NCBI GenBank assembly: GCA_951406725.2
Contig: OX597818.1
Location: 135,036,001-135,100,000 of the forward strand
Direction of reading: 5' to 3'
Length of the DNA stretch: 64,000 nucleotides
Origin: Octopus vulgaris
Taxonomy: Eukaryota
Shown here: positions 24,315 to 38,691 of the stretch, in pieces
Layout: each line of letters starts with the position of its first letter
How positions within the stretch are numbered: position 1 is the stretch's first letter
Notes under the pieces: generated by a model
Database searches by the model: none
The model's input: the letters and a program-made list of their open reading frames with translations, nothing else
Told to the model about the DNA's origin: nothing
Translations under genes and position numbers: made by a program

Positions 24315-25164
24315 TAAATATAACTGAGATGTATAACCCCACAAAGTTGCTTATCTCTATGCTGTCATATAATTACATACCTGCATCAAAAGAATAAGTT
24401 AAGGCAAATTTCTCACCCAGGGAAAAATTTCATCAAAAAGTAGTATTTTTTTTAGCATGCAGTAAACTCTCTGAATCATTATTAGCTATTTTTTATACTT
24501 CTTAGTAAATTATATAGTGAGGATTTAGATACTGAAAGGTCAACAATGTCAGATTGACTAAATCTAGGAATATATTTATTATAAATATTATTGAACCAGC
24601 TAATGATAGAGTGACTATTGTTCCATTGTTGTAGGTTTGGTGGTTTTTTTCCTAATGTTATCATTAAAGTTATTTAAAATTTTCTTATTTACTAATCTTG
24701 TCTAGGACTTTGCTGGATTATTCAACCTTCATTTAGAGCTAGATGCCATGAATGATTATTTATATACCTGCCTGAAATAAAATGTTCTTTACATGCTTCT
24801 TTTCTTCCACACAAGATAAATGATCTAAGCCCATATTTATCATCATTATCATTGTTTTACCGTCCACTTTCCCATGCTATATATTTTCACATATTTAGTC
24901 TAGACTTGGAGATACATAGATACTTACATATACATATATCTATAAATATTTACATTTACATAAACATATATACACATCTAAGCTCACAACATTCATACTA
25001 AAATAATATTTCATTTGATTTGTCTTTTGGGTTTTTTTTCATTCTTTTGACCCCCACCCCATCATCTTCACTACTGACATCTAATAACAAATTTGTCTGT
25101 GATGATGAAGATGGCAAGAATATTAAGTATTGCAACATTTTAGTGATTAATAGCACCATGTTAT

Positions 25165-25465
25165 AATACCTCTTAGAAGAACTACAAAAAATACATTGGG
25201 CAGAATTCCAATAAATTATATAAATATATAAGTCCTTTTGGGAAAGATCTGGGAAGAGCAGGAAATAATATCAAAATTTGTCAAGAGACCAATATAGAAT
25301 TCCTCAACATCATATTCTTAAATGAAGTGTTTAACAGAAGGGTTCTGCCAAACCTACAAACATACCAAAAATTATCAAGACTTCTAGTAACGTCTTATAG
25401 CATAGATAAATATTCAAATGCACAATACTGTACCGAGGAGGTAGGCATCTCTATCGTTATGTGTC
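25165..25465 (+). pseudogene. Possible L1/Tx1 ORF1 remnant with decayed CCHC knuckle
   Basis: Frameshifted pieces YKYISPFGK and KC..YCTEEVG(H). Inference only. Confidence 0.3.
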
Positions 25466-25506
25466 AAGGAGGGGTTGGAGATTACATTAGCCAATAGTAA
25501 TACTGT

Positions 25507-25810
25507 GGACGCACAATGACCCAGTAGTTAGGGCAGCGGACTCGTGGTTGGAGGATCGCAGTTTCGATACCCAGACCGGGAGTTGTGTGTGTTTATTGAG
25601 CGAAAACACTTAAAAAAGCTGCACGAGGCTCTGGCAGGGGGTGGTGGCAACCCCTGTTGTACTCTTTTGCCACAACTTTCTCTCACTCTCTCTTCCTGTT
25701 TCTTGAGTAATGCTGCAATAGACTGGCATCCGCCCAGCTGTGGGGAACACATACACCACAGAAACCAGGAAACCAGGCCCATGAGCCTGGCTAGGCTTGA
25801 AATGGGTGAC
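25507..25810 (+). mobile_element. OR2-like SINE
   Basis: OR head with the alternative 3' end cttgagtaatgctgc..cccatgagcctggctaggcttgaaa. Confidence 0.8.
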
Positions 25811-25939
25811 GTTTATCATTTTAATAGTAACACTAAAGGTAGCGAAATAGGAATTTACTGTACACACACCAAAAGAGTAGAACATTTTGAAATTACTAAA
25901 CTGAGAAATACCAGAACTATAGGATAATAGTCATAGGGA

Positions 25940-26240
25940 TAATACCCTGTGTCTTTCTAGGTCTCTTCTACATGTTCCATCTACTTTCAGAGATCAGCAC
26001 TTCTTTATGAAGCTGTCAGCATCCATCCACATCACATAACCAAACCAGCACAGTCTTCTCTCTTGCTCACTGCATCTAATTCTTCTTATGCCTCACCCCT
26101 CTCTCAATACACTAGCACTCTGTTGAATATGTACACCTACATTACACATCTAGTGAAGCATACTAAGCTTCATTCTTCTCTTTGCATGTTCTCTGCATTC
26201 AGGGTCCACTTCTCACTACCATGTAAAATTGCTGTTTGAA
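25940..26240 (-). pseudogene. RTE LINE ORF2 C-terminal fragment
   Basis: Minus translation IQTAILHGSEKWTL ... RRLCWFGYV ... KKC.SLKVDGT. Confidence 0.75.
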
Positions 26241-26241
26241 T

Positions 26242-26634
26242 CTCTTTACTTGTTTCAGTCATTTGACTGTGGCCATGCTGGAGCACCGCCTTTAGTCGAG
26301 GAAATCGACCCGCAGGACTTTATACTTTGTAAGCCTAGTACTTATTCTATTGATCTCTTTTGCCAAACCGCTAAGTTACAGCAACGTAAACACACCAGCA
26401 TCGGTTGTCAAGCGATGTTGGGGGGACAAACACAGGCACACAAACACACACACATATATATATACATATATACAATGGGCTTCTTTCAGTTTCCGTCTAC
26501 CAAATCCACTCACAAGGCTTTGGTTGGCCCGAGGCTATAGTAGAAGACACTTGCCCCAGGTGCCACACAGTGGGACTGAACCCGGAACCATGTGGTTGGT
26601 AAGCAAGCTACTTACCACACAGCCACTCCTGCGC
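26242..26634 (-). mobile_element. OK-like SINE
   Basis: Full-length reverse copy abutting the RTE fragment. Confidence 0.9.
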
Positions 26635-26839
26635 TTGTATGCATGTTGAATTGCTGTCCATATTCATGCATGCTATCCATATCTACATATATATTTTCTT
26701 ACAGTGCTTGTATCAACGATTTTTTTTTTTTTTTGAGTACTGGATTATATAGTAGCACATGGAACAATGAGATACATGATAATTGGTTGCATGATACACT
26801 CACCAGCCAAAACACCATCTAATCAAGTATGCACATTGG

Positions 26840-27226
26840 GGAAGCACTCCGTCGGTTACAACGATGAGGGTTCCGGTTGATCCGAATCAACGGAACAGCC
26901 TGCTCGGGAAATTAACGTGTAAGTGGCTGAGCACTCCACAGACACGTGCACCCTTAATGTAGTTCTCAGGGATATTCAGCGTGACACGGAGAGTGACAAG
27001 GCCGGCCCCTTGAAATACGGGTACAACAGAAACAGGAAGTAAGAGTGAGAGAAAGTTGTGGTGAAAGAGTACAGCAGGGACCACCACCATCCCCTGCCGG
27101 AGCCTCGTGGAGCTTTTTTTAGGTGTTTTCGCTCAATAAACACTCACAACGCCCGGTCTGGGAATCGAAACCGCGATCCTATGACCGCGAGTCCGCTGCC
27201 CTAACCACTGGGCCATTGCGCCTCCA
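26840..27226 (-). mobile_element. OR1-like SINE
   Basis: Full length; 12-bp TSD caagtatgcaca at 26824-26835 and 27227-27238. Confidence 0.9.
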
Positions 27227-27410
27227 CAAGTATGCACAACACCTAAAACTATTACCTGGATCGCATGTAGCTATTCACCCTTCTGCAGAATGCACTGTAC
27301 AACTCCCATTACTGTCAACTGAGCAGGCCTATTGACTTACATGACCAGATAGATGTATATAACATACATACACACATACCAGAAATCCAGAAAGAATAAA
27401 TACTGCTAGG

Positions 27411-27449
<39 letters not shown>

Positions 27450-27454
<5 letters not shown>

Positions 27455-27900
27455 AATATTAGGGAATAAATACAAATTTACAGGAAAAAATCAGATTTAG
27501 GATTGAATCCAATTTTATAGTAAAATATTATATAATATTAATTAGAGACAAAACCACTATTATGCAAATCAAACAAAGAAAGACTTAATCCAATACATAA
27601 AAAATTTTATATAAACTTAAAATTGAATAGAAGATTTGAAGACCACCCGATGAATGTCCCTAGAAGAGACACGAAACAATTGTAGTGGCTAATTTTATTT
27701 TATTTAATTTATATAAAATTTTTGTATTGGATTAAGTCTTTCTTTGTTTGATTTGCATAATAGTGGTTTTGTCTCTAATTAATATTATATATATATATAT
27801 ATATTATATTAAATTAGAGATAAAACCGCTATTAGGCAAATCAAACAGTGAAAAACATAAGCCAATACATAAAATTAATTTAAAATATAAAAGTTAAAAA
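27450..27900. mobile_element. Penelope-like pseudo-LTR remnant in inverted arrangement, within (TA)n
   Basis: Near-perfect ~85-bp inverted repeat 27529-27615 / 27708-27791 with a hammerhead motif in the loop; a diverged third copy lies at about 27805-27880. Confidence 0.7.
27643..27688 (+). ncRNA. Minimal type I hammerhead ribozyme motif, decayed
   Basis: ccac CCGATGA a-tgtc..gaca-c GAAA caattg TA gtgg. Core U4 is C and the stem II closing pair is A:C. Confidence 0.7.
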
Positions 27901-27950
27901 TAAAAAATTATTTGAATAATTTAAACTAATAAATTTTATATATATATACA

Positions 27951-27987
<37 letters not shown>

Positions 27988-29424
27988 ATTTTTATATTTA
28001 TATATTATTTTATTTATTAATTAATTAATTAATTAATTTATTTATTTATTTTTATTTGTTTTTTATATATATATATATATATCAAAGGCATTAAAAGTTT
28101 AATATAAATATATATATACACATACACATATATAAACACACACACACACATATATCTCAACACATACCAAAAAAAAAAAAAAAAATAGATAGCACAAATA
28201 TTTTCAAAGAGTCTGTAAAAACTATTTATGTGTTGCACAAGGGAAACACACCTTAAAATGTTGGACTTAGTAACTTTTCCAGAGTGGGACAAGTTCACTT
28301 ACTCTCACTTATAACTGGTAAAACCAGATACAAAATATGTCTGCCTTATAATGTTAGCCTCACACACATACATCACAGCTATCTGTTCTAATCTTTGATG
28401 GGAGGGAGTTGGGAGGTGTAAGAGTGTATACCAGTTCATACTAATTAGCAATACATTAATCAGCTGAAAGATATTGCTCCCACTACCACCTCACCTGTAA
28501 TTGATAAACCACAGGTATTGCTTTTAAGAAGATTCAAGCTGACCACAGCAACCTTATGAATTATATGAGTTCCCCAGTCATTGCTATTTATAGCAATGAA
28601 CTGTACTTCCTCATCATAGTTACGTAACTAGGTGGACTTAGCTGCTGCTGAGAGAATTAAGTAGCTTGACCAGCAATATAACAGTAATGGAATACAAATA
28701 AGACAGACTTGAACTATTTGTTAAGAACTCCTTGAACCTGTAACCTTAGACGAGATGACACACAGATCTCCTTTTAATTATGGGTAATGAAGCAACAGTA
28801 CTTGAGAAACAGACTGAAACAAACAAAACTGTAGAATTTCCCCCGGATATTTTCACAACTGAGAGAGTAAGAACACTAAAGTCTATTGTTTACAGAATTA
28901 CAAGCAGTGAAACAGCATACATCAGATCTACAGAGAGAAAATGAAGTGGTTACAAAATAAAATATATGCCTATTCTTTAGTTAATAGACAGAGTCAAGAA
29001 ATTAATTCAGCTGAGTTGATTGATTTCTAAACTAGAGTCAAGTGGGGGAATAAAAAGCAACAAGCAAGCAATGTTAGCTAGATAGAAACCTTGTTTGTTT
29101 AAATGCCATGTATTTAGGGAAAAATTAGTCCCACTTTGTCAAAAGAATAGTTAGAATAGTGATCTAATAAGTGAATGGTCAAAACTTCACATCCTACTAT
29201 AAAAGTTGTCCATACCAAAATAACTGAACTTACAAGCAGGATTAGGTTCCAGGAGGACCAGTTAGGAATGCGGTAAATCAAAATAAGGACTGACTTGCTT
29301 CATAACAACATGTCCAACAAATACAAACATTGATGAAGTGCATATAAAAATTATAGCAATAATGATTACACACACACACACACACTGAATTGAGTTATTC
29401 TTAAGATATGTAGTACTTGTTATG

Positions 29425-29807
29425 TGGAGGCGCAATGGCCCAGTGGTTAGGGCAGCGGACTTGCGGTCGTAGGATCGCGGTTTCGATTCCCAGACCGGGC
29501 GTTGTGAGTGTTTATTGAGTGAAAACATCTAAAGCTCCATGAGGCTCCGGCAGGGGATGGTGGTGATCCCTGCTGTACTCTTTCACCACAACTTTCTCTC
29601 ACTCTTACTTCCTGTTTCTGTTGTACCTGTATTTCAAAGGGCCGGCCTTGTCACTCTCTGTGTCACGCTGAATATCCCCGAGAACTACGTTAAGGGTGCA
29701 CGTGTCTGTGGAGTGCTCAGCCACTTACACGTTAATTTCACGAGCAGGCTGTTCCGTTGATCGTATCAGCCGGAACCCTCATTGTCGTAACCGATAGAGT
29801 GCTTCCA
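29425..29807 (+). mobile_element. OR1-like SINE
   Basis: Full length; flanking gt(a/g)cttgttat repeat. Confidence 0.9.
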
Positions 29808-30344
29808 AGTGCTTGTTATATGTTTTATGAATATCAATGCAGGTATGGTTATATGGTAAGAAAGTTTGCTTTGCAACCACAGATCCAGATTCACTACCCC
29901 CTGTATTGACTATGTCTTCTACCATAGCATTGGGTCGACCCATTGCAAGTGAAATTTGGTGGATATAAACTGTGATGGATGACAAATTCAGTGCATTTGA
30001 ACAAAAAGCACTATGTAGTATTTGGCTTTATATGGATCAATCAACATTTGTGTTTAATCCTCCTTTGAGGTGAATAAAGTAAGTACCAGGTAAAACAATG
30101 GTGATATATTTGACAAAAACCATTGAAAATGGTGCACCATTACAGCCACAGTTCAACACCTGAAAAGCAGTTATCTAGTTTCCAACAAGACTCTATCCTA
30201 CATCACTATACAAAGTGTGATTTATATTAATATCTAATTTTTAGTTAAACTGTACCAACATTATCATGTAATATCTAAATGACATGAGTATCCAGTCTGT
30301 AGCTAGACTTTACTGACATCACTATACAAATATTAAATGGTACC

Positions 30345-30616
30345 TCTTTGGTGTACAGTCTACTTAGCCACTTACACATTAGTGTGCAGTTACCTAACCA
30401 GTTACACTTTAGTGTGCAATCTAACCCTATCATTTAGCCTAACCCAACTCTAAACCCAAACTTCAACTCCTAACTTAACCATAAACTATAACCCAAATGC
30501 TAACCCAGATCAGGTGATTTCACAGCATAGACTACAGATACTGCAAAAGACAGCACACTAAAGTAGCACTGATTAAACTACATGGGTATCTAACTTCACA
30601 CTAGACTCTACCAAGA
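30345..30616. mobile_element. Degraded MITE-like element with internal degenerate (CCTAAC)n
   Basis: Inverted ends ttggtgtacagtcta / tagactctaccaa; inner inverted 12-mer actttagtgtgc / gcacactaaagt. Confidence 0.4.
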
Positions 30617-31069
30617 TCCTTATACAAAGTCTATACCAAACCCTGAAATAATAAACCCAAATCTACTAAATGCTGCTGAAATTACAGAGCTTCTTTGATA
30701 GAATCACAACAACAAAGTTTTGAAACTGTGTTTTTAAATCTGTGTTCTTGGATAAAGTATTCAGAAGTATATCTACTTCATGGTTCCAGAGCAATAAATA
30801 AATAAATAAACAAACAAACATGAGTAAATAAAATATTTCTAATTCTCTCTTCCTCTCTCTCTCTCTCTTTTTTTCTTTTTGCAGATAATGTTGGCATGTC
30901 TTAAATAGTATTCTTGTTGCTCATATTTTTTTCATTCAACTCAAGACCTACACCTCCACAAAACACCTCAGAAAATTTATCTCAGTTTTGTTTCACTTCT
31001 TTTCATTGACAAGTGTGAAATATTTGGCATTTACTTATTTTTATTTTCTCGTTAAGAATACACTTTTAG

Positions 31070-31231
31070 CAAATTCCTTTAGTATTATACTTTTTTTTAT
31101 TTTTACATCTATACATTTCTATAATTGATGGGTTGTTTGGGTCTGCTAATTTTCAAATTTCTTAGTATTATAATTACTTTATTTTTTCATCTATACATTT
31201 TTATGTCTTGTGTTGATTGGGTCCATGTGTT
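31070..31231. repeat. Diverged ~85-bp tandem duplication
   Basis: caaatt..ttagtattata..catctatacattt..ttgggtc..tgctaa..tttcaaatt occurs twice. Confidence 0.7.
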
Positions 31232-32560
31232 GCTAACTTTTCAAATTCCTAACTGAAAGCATTTTTACAAACTGATTTTTTTATCCTTATAAAACTATTT
31301 ATGATTGGAGATTAATATCAATTTTTGTTGGGTACACTAAATTAAGGGCAGTGATGTACTTTAACTAAATGGAAGACATGGTCAAAATGATTAAGGGGCA
31401 AATCTAAACTTCACCACAATGAAGGAGTCTCTATAACATTGCTCAGCTTGCTAGAAATAGCAACCAAATCTCCCAATTATATCAAAAAGGATACGTAGGA
31501 TAACCTAGAGACTCCTAAATGATATGTTAGTCATGGCTGGAATGTCTATAGTGATTTCGAGTTAACCAACAACAATAACAATTTTGCTACAAAACAAGGT
31601 GTGTGAGTGTACACACACATATATACACATATATATGCATAATAATACATACAGATAAGATAAGAGAAGAAATGGATCAACATGTAACAATTAGATATAC
31701 ATACATGTATTTAAATATATACATATGTACACACACATATAACAAATACAGAGGCATACATAATGCCTTAAATTAATGGTTAGAAACATACGAAATACAA
31801 GCTCACACATACACACGTGCTAAAATTAACAAATCCTTCAGCTTCTTTCAGCTTTATCATTTACTTATTTCATGTTTGTTTTAATACAATTCTCTTTCTT
31901 TTTTCTTTACCTTTAATTAATAAAGATGTTGAAATCCATTTCAAAACATGAAAAAGGGTCACAGTAAGTGAATTAAGTGAAGAAAAAGTTATCCAAGACC
32001 CAACCACTCGCACAAACAGCCATTCACCTCATAAAGTTATTTCACAGTTGAATAAACAAAGATATCAGATGACTTATGTTAACATGTTATTTATCAGGTG
32101 AGATCTTTGCTAATATATCCTGTCATCTGTTGGTCACGTGAACAACAGTTTCAATGGCTGCTAATTGAAATGGCTTATGCAGTTTGAACAGAATCTAAAT
32201 TGTAGCCACTGAAAGTATGAGAAGAAATACACAGGTTAATTCTAGATAACTATATTTGTTTATGTCATAAGGGGCGAGACAGACAAACACACAAACGGAT
32301 ATGAATGTGGGCACAGTTGTGGTATCAAACGAACTTGTTCAACCCAGTTTAGTAATTAGGAAGAGTGGAATAATCATCGTCACACCACCACAATAGAAAT
32401 CCTCACTATAACAAGAGCATTAGTATCACCACCACTACCACCACCATCATCAACGTCCATGACCACCACTACAAATGTCACTATCACTACCATCATTTTC
32501 AGCAACAACAACAAGTGACATCACAAAATACAGAAAGTACAAAGTTCATAATCAGTGGGT

Positions 32561-32939
32561 CTCTCTTACTCTTTCTCTCTCTTTTACTTGTTTCAGTCAT
32601 TTGACTGCGGCCATGCCGGAGCACCGCCTTTAGTCGAGCAAATCAACCCTGGGACTTATTCTATCGGTCTCTTTTGCCAAACCGCTAAGTGACGGGGACG
32701 TAAACACACCAGCATCGGTTGTCAAGCAATGCTAGGGGGACAAACACATACACTTATATATATATATACATATATACGACAGGCTTCTTTCAGTTTCCGT
32801 CTACCAAATCCACTCACAAAGCATTGGTTGGCCCGGGGCTATAGCAGAAGACACTTGCCCAAGATGCCACGCAGTGGGACTGAACCCGGAACCATGTGGT
32901 TGGTTAGCAAGCTACTTACCACACAGCCACTCCTGCGCC
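32561..32939 (-). mobile_element. OK-like SINE with a small internal deletion
   Basis: Reverse copy; the segment between the two acttattct motifs is missing. Confidence 0.9.
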
Positions 32940-33919
32940 TATTAATTTTAGTAATTTCAGTTTCCAGGGCAAGAGGAGAGAAACAAGAACAGGTCCGTAA
33001 GTTACTTTAGGAATTAAATTATTAAACTTTTAACCCTTGAAAGGAATTTATTCCTTTTTTAATATGATTAAACCCTAAATCTTTATTAAACAATTAGATC
33101 TGATAAAATATCTACATCTGAGGCACTGTGGGTCAACAATAAAGGTTTGCATTTCTAAATTCAAGGTTTTAAGGCTCCCCACATAATTCCCTTTTTTCTT
33201 GGGCCAGGTGAGATGATGACAAACTGAATAAAAGAGAGGTGAGAATATGTGACATTATGACTTCTTCAAGGACATTATCAGCATAAATATATTTATACTG
33301 ATATATTGTGTGTGTGTATGTGTGTGTGTGCAGCGAGGAGCAAAAGAATTATTATTATCACACCACCACCTTCAATGAAGAAACAAATCTGAGTCAAAGA
33401 CTTATATAGTCTGGAAATAACTATTTACCTCACACTTGCTCACTTCATGTCTCAAAAATGTTGCATTATTTGTCGAGGTTTAGTATAGACAGATTAGGTT
33501 TAGCATAGATAGACTGTGCTTAGCATAGATGGGCTGACTTTAACACAGGTAGGTAGCCAAAGATTACTATCAGAGCCATTGTTTTTTATATTTGAATAGT
33601 CTACAAACTATGAAGTAGAGTGGTTATCTTTTTGCCAGCCAAGCCATCTATCTAAGGCAAATAATGTTATGAGCTTTATCCAGGAGCACAACGCAATACA
33701 AGTGAACCAACAACAGAGCTTCTGCATAGTTACTTGATTTGTTAAAGGTAGTAGCTTAATCTCACTTAAATCCCACCCAAATATTGGGAAAAAAATTGGA
33801 ACAACATATATAGTCTGCAAATAAGATGAGATATCATGTTTTGCATGCCACACCGCAAAATTTAAGGACAATATAATTATCATTGTCTTCATAATTAATA
33901 ATAATAATTATAATAATAA

Positions 33920-35865
33920 TGGTTTCAAGTTTTGGTACAGGGCCAGCAATTTCGGGGAAAGGAGTAAGTTAATTACATTGACCCCAGAGTTCAACTAGTA
34001 CTCATTTTATCAACCCTGAAGGGATGAAAGGAAAAGTTGACCTCAATGGAATTTGAACTCAGAACATAGACAGATGAAATAGCATTAAGCATTAATAATA
34101 ATCACTAGTAGTAGTAGTAGTAGTCTTTACTACTACTACTGTTAAGACAGCAAGATGGCAAAATTGTTAGAGCGTTAGATAACAATTACTTGCAGCATTT
34201 GTTCTAGCTCTTTACATTCTGAGTTTAAATCTTGTTAAGGTTGACTTTGCCTTTCATCCCTCTGAGATTGATAAAATAATATGACAGTCATATAGAGAGG
34301 CCAATTTAATCTATTAAGTCTGACCCCTACCTCCCAACATACCTGTGGCTTTGTGTACATGTTATAAATTATTATTAAATCCTAGAAGCAATGGAGCACC
34401 AGAAAAAATAATTTGTACTATCTAGATATAAACTTTTATATTCCAAGTTCAAATCCTGCGAATCTACGCAGTGAATCGGCAGATTTGTTAGAGTGTCATG
34501 TAGAATGTATCATATATCAAGGGCAGCGAGCTGGCAGAAACGCTAGCACGCTGGACGAAATGCTTAGCGGTATTTCGTCTGCATTACGTTGTGAGTTCAA
34601 ATTCCGCCGAGGTCGACTTTGCCTTTCATCCTTTCGGGGTCGATAAATTAAGTACCAGTTACGCACTGGGGTTGATGTAATCGACTTAAAACCTATGTCT
34701 GTCCTTGTTTGTCCGCTCTGTGTTTAGCCCCTTGTGGGTAATAAAGAAATATGTATCATGGTATTTGGACACTCTGCACTTGGAGTTGAAATCCCACTGG
34801 CCAACTTAGTTTTTCATACATTCAGAGTCTTTAAAAAAAGTACCAGTTTAGGAGAATAGATTGGTAGAAATGTAAGAACATTGAACTGGATGTCTTAAGG
34901 TATCTGTTTGGGCTCTTTCTAATTTGATAGACTTTGTCATCCAATTTAACACCACAACCTGCGATAATGAGTTTACTTTGCTGCAGGTATTCAAACTAGG
35001 TCTCCAGTTTGAGGATACTGTCCATCCTTCTTCTCTGCCATCAGTCTTGGAGGTTTGGAAAGAGTTATAAGTCCTAACTAAAAGATGAAAAAATAAATGT
35101 ATTTATTCAACGCCTCCAAAATTTCTAGCTTTATGCCTAAATTGGAAATTATTTTTATTTATTATCATATAATATAAAAGAAACTATTATTATCAAGGCG
35201 TTGAGCTGGCAAAATTGCCAGCATGAATGTCAAAATGCTTAGTGGCATTTTGTCTGTTTTTAAATTCTGAGTTCAAAAGCTCCCAAAGTCAACTTTGCCT
35301 TTCATTCTATTGGGTGGAGGGGGCGGTCAATGAAATATATACCAGTTGAGCACTAAGGTCAATGTAATTAATTAGTTCCCTTCCTGAAATTGCTGGCCTT
35401 GTGCCAAAATTTGAAAATATTATTATCATATTATTAAGGCAGCAAGCTGAGAGATTCATTAGCATGGTAGAGAAAATGCTTAGTGGAATTTCGTCCATCT
35501 TTATATTCCAAGTTCAAATGCTGCCAAGGTCAACTTTGCCTGTCATCCTTTGAGGGTCAATAAAATAAGTACCGGTCAAACACTACGGTTGATGAAATCG
35601 ACTAGCACCCCGCTCCCTTGAAATTTCAGGCCTTGTGCCTACAGCAGAAAGGATTACTATTAAAGGCAATGAGCTGGCAGGATAGTCATCGGGCTTCGTG
35701 AAATGCTTAATAGCATTTCTTTTGACTCTTTAACTCCTGAGTTAAAATTCCGCTGGAGCCAACTTTGCTCTGGGATCAATAAGTACTGGTTAAATACTGA
35801 GGTTGATGTAATCGACTTACCACCTCCCCTAACAAACTGCTGGCCTTATACCAAAATTAGAAAGG
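33920..35865. mobile_element. Cluster of at least 6 Meta/MESC-core SINEs (young copy 34519-34750 +; three older tandem copies 35195-35865 +; head-to-head pair 33920-34370)
   Basis: Repeated aggc..gagctggca head and actttgcctttcatcc core. Confidence 0.85.
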
Positions 35866-36398
35866 ATTATTATTATTATTATTATTACCATTATTATTAT
35901 CTTCTTCTTTCAAATTTGCTTCCATTTCTTGCCGAGTGTCTTCCCGACTCCTAGGGCAAAGAAACTCATAGTATATATTGGTAGGCCATTAAACTAAACT
36001 CAATTATTATTATTATTATTATTATTCCCCTAATTATTCCCCTTATTTAATTTAAAGAACAATAATAAACTTCAAGGTAATCTTTGAATATACCAAATGT
36101 ATAATCTTCTTATATAGTGCCAGATGGAGGTATTTTCAGTTGAATGACGACACAAAGATCTGTGGGAAACATGCATATCCCATTTCTTGTTTCTGCTTGC
36201 CACCCCTTAAAAATTAGGTTCTATATTTGTGTTACACACACCAACAACAAAACCCTCCAAAAGCCCCCCCCACACACACACACACACACACATGCCCTAT
36301 CAAAAGTATAGAAACTTCAAGAAGGAAAATTTTATAAAGATTAAAATTTTCTGAACTATAAATATCATCTTTGCAGTGTGTGTGTGTGTATATGTATA

Positions 36399-36554
36399 GG
36401 TGCAGGTGTGGTTGTGTGGTAAGAAGTTTGCTTCCCAACTACATGGTCCGGGGTTCAGTCCTAATGCATGGCACCATGAGCAAGTATTTTCTACTATAGC
36501 CTCAAGCCAATCAAAGCCTTGTAGACATAAACTGAAAAAAGCCTGTCGTGTGTG

Positions 36555-36596
<42 letters not shown>

Positions 36597-36780
36597 TATG
36601 TTTGTGTTTGTCCCCCACCACTATTTGACAACTGGTGTTGGTGTGTTTACATCCCTATGATTTGGCAAAATAGATTGATATCATACCAGGCTTACAAAAT
36701 ATATATTGGGGTCAATTCGTTTGGCTAAAATTCTTCAAGGCAGTGCCCTAATTTGGCTGCAGTCTAATGATTGAAACAAG
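36399..36780 (+). mobile_element. Older OK-like SINE
   Basis: Diverged head, (TA)n and tail aatgattgaaacaag. Confidence 0.75.
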
Positions 36781-37349
36781 ATATATATATACACACACAC
36801 ACACACCACATTTTTTATAGGGTGTATATTTACAATATTTATATGTGCACTGTGTTTCAATCAGTCTGATTTCCATCTTTTCACCAAGTATCCTATTCCT
36901 GGAGATTATACACACACACATACACACACACTTAATCTTTATTTATAAAATGTTTCTGAACATGAAAGCATTGAAACAAAGAAATCAAAAAGAAATTTTA
37001 TTTATCCGAATTGTACTTGTTTGATGAAGGAATTGTTCTCAGATTGTTGAAACTAAAACAATGACATTATGGTAGAGTCATTTAAAAAGGGACATGTATT
37101 GTGGAATACAACAAAAGTGAATATAACATTGTCTTTTTTTTCTTTTTCATCATTGTGAGTGACAGGTTACAATTTATATTTAATAATTAAAAATAAATTA
37201 AGATAAATATAATAAATATATGATATCATTTAGATTTGATCTCTTTCTTTTAAGAAGTACAAAAATATATTTATGCAAACTCATTACAATGACACCCACA
37301 CATGTATGCATGCATACACACACAGCAGATACACACGCTGAATATCCCC

Positions 37350-37387
<38 letters not shown>

Positions 37388-37414
<27 letters not shown>

Positions 37415-37706
37415 ATCATGTGACTGACCAGACCATCAGTTGTTGTTACACATCGCTGGTCACAATGCGTTCACATTGTCTTAGCCTTCGAATGACGCCA
37501 CCCCACTGGCTAAGCGAGCAGGCCAACAGAAGAAAGAGTGGGTGAAAGAGTACAGCAGGGATCACCACCCCCTGTCGGAGCCTTGTTGAGCTTTTTTTTT
37601 TTTAGGTGTTTTCGCTCAATAAACACACACAACGCCCGGTCTGGGAATCGAAACCGTGATCCTACGACCGCGAGTCCGCTGCCCTAACCACTGGGCCATT
37701 GCGCCT

Positions 37707-37708
<2 letters not shown>
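37388..37708 (-). mobile_element. OR-head SINE with a third type of 3' end
   Basis: Head nearly identical to OR1; after ctgctgtactctttcacc it continues ggcctgctcgcttagccagtggggtggcgtcattcgaagg...cacgtga into (TA)n. Confidence 0.8.
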
Positions 37709-37753
<45 letters not shown>

Positions 37754-37989
37754 TCTGTCCCCACAACATGCACATACAAATAAGCTTTCACATCCAACTG
37801 CACACACACACACATATACAGATTATGGTGTGTGTATGTGTGTGTATACATACACATGTACTCAATCTCCCTACCTACACAAAAACATTCACATGTATAC
37901 ACCCACAACCAAGGACATGTATTGCATATATACTCCATGTTGTTTGCATTCACATACTAAACCTAGCAACCATGTAATACATATGCAGT

Positions 37990-38026
<37 letters not shown>

Positions 38027-38691
38027 ATCTTCATGAACACACAGATACAAAATATGCAAGTACACAATCACACGCAGAGAAGCATCTCCCATCCCTTCAT
38101 TACAGACATATACACTCCTCCTTGTGCATGCCCCAAAAAACATAATTGTTCTACCACCCCTTAAGACTAAAACGCAAAACAGCCAAGTATTCACATGTGT
38201 GTGTGTATGCATATATATATGTATGTATGTATTTATTTATTTATTTATGTATGTATGTTTACATACCATACACATATATGTCATTAGTGAGTACGAAGGA
38301 GCAATATACCATGCCATAGTGTTGTGCTGTGGAACTGTCTGGTGCTGCAGATGTCTCAGAACAACTATTTTCGGTGTTCTTTCAGAAAACATAAGAAAAC
38401 TTTAAGAACCAATGAAAATTCATGCTAATGTGTTGTGTCAACTTTCGAAAGATTTACAACTCATTATGACAATTGTTATAATGACAAATGGCAGTAGAAA
38501 AAGAAGTCTAAAGACTGTGGAAATATATATTATTATATTTATTATGTGGAATGGAAGTAATGTTAGCACATAGGATTGAAGAACTTACTATATTTAGTTG
38601 TTTTGTTTGTTTGTCTTTTTACTTTAAGAGATCAAATCCCATTAGTGCTAAATTTGCCAATTGTTCCTCTGAGGTTGATGTTAGTTGTATA

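Noticed and set aside
30420-30510. Interstitial telomere-like taaccc repeats
   Set aside because: Too degenerate and enclosed by inverted repeats; better explained as an old transposon interior.
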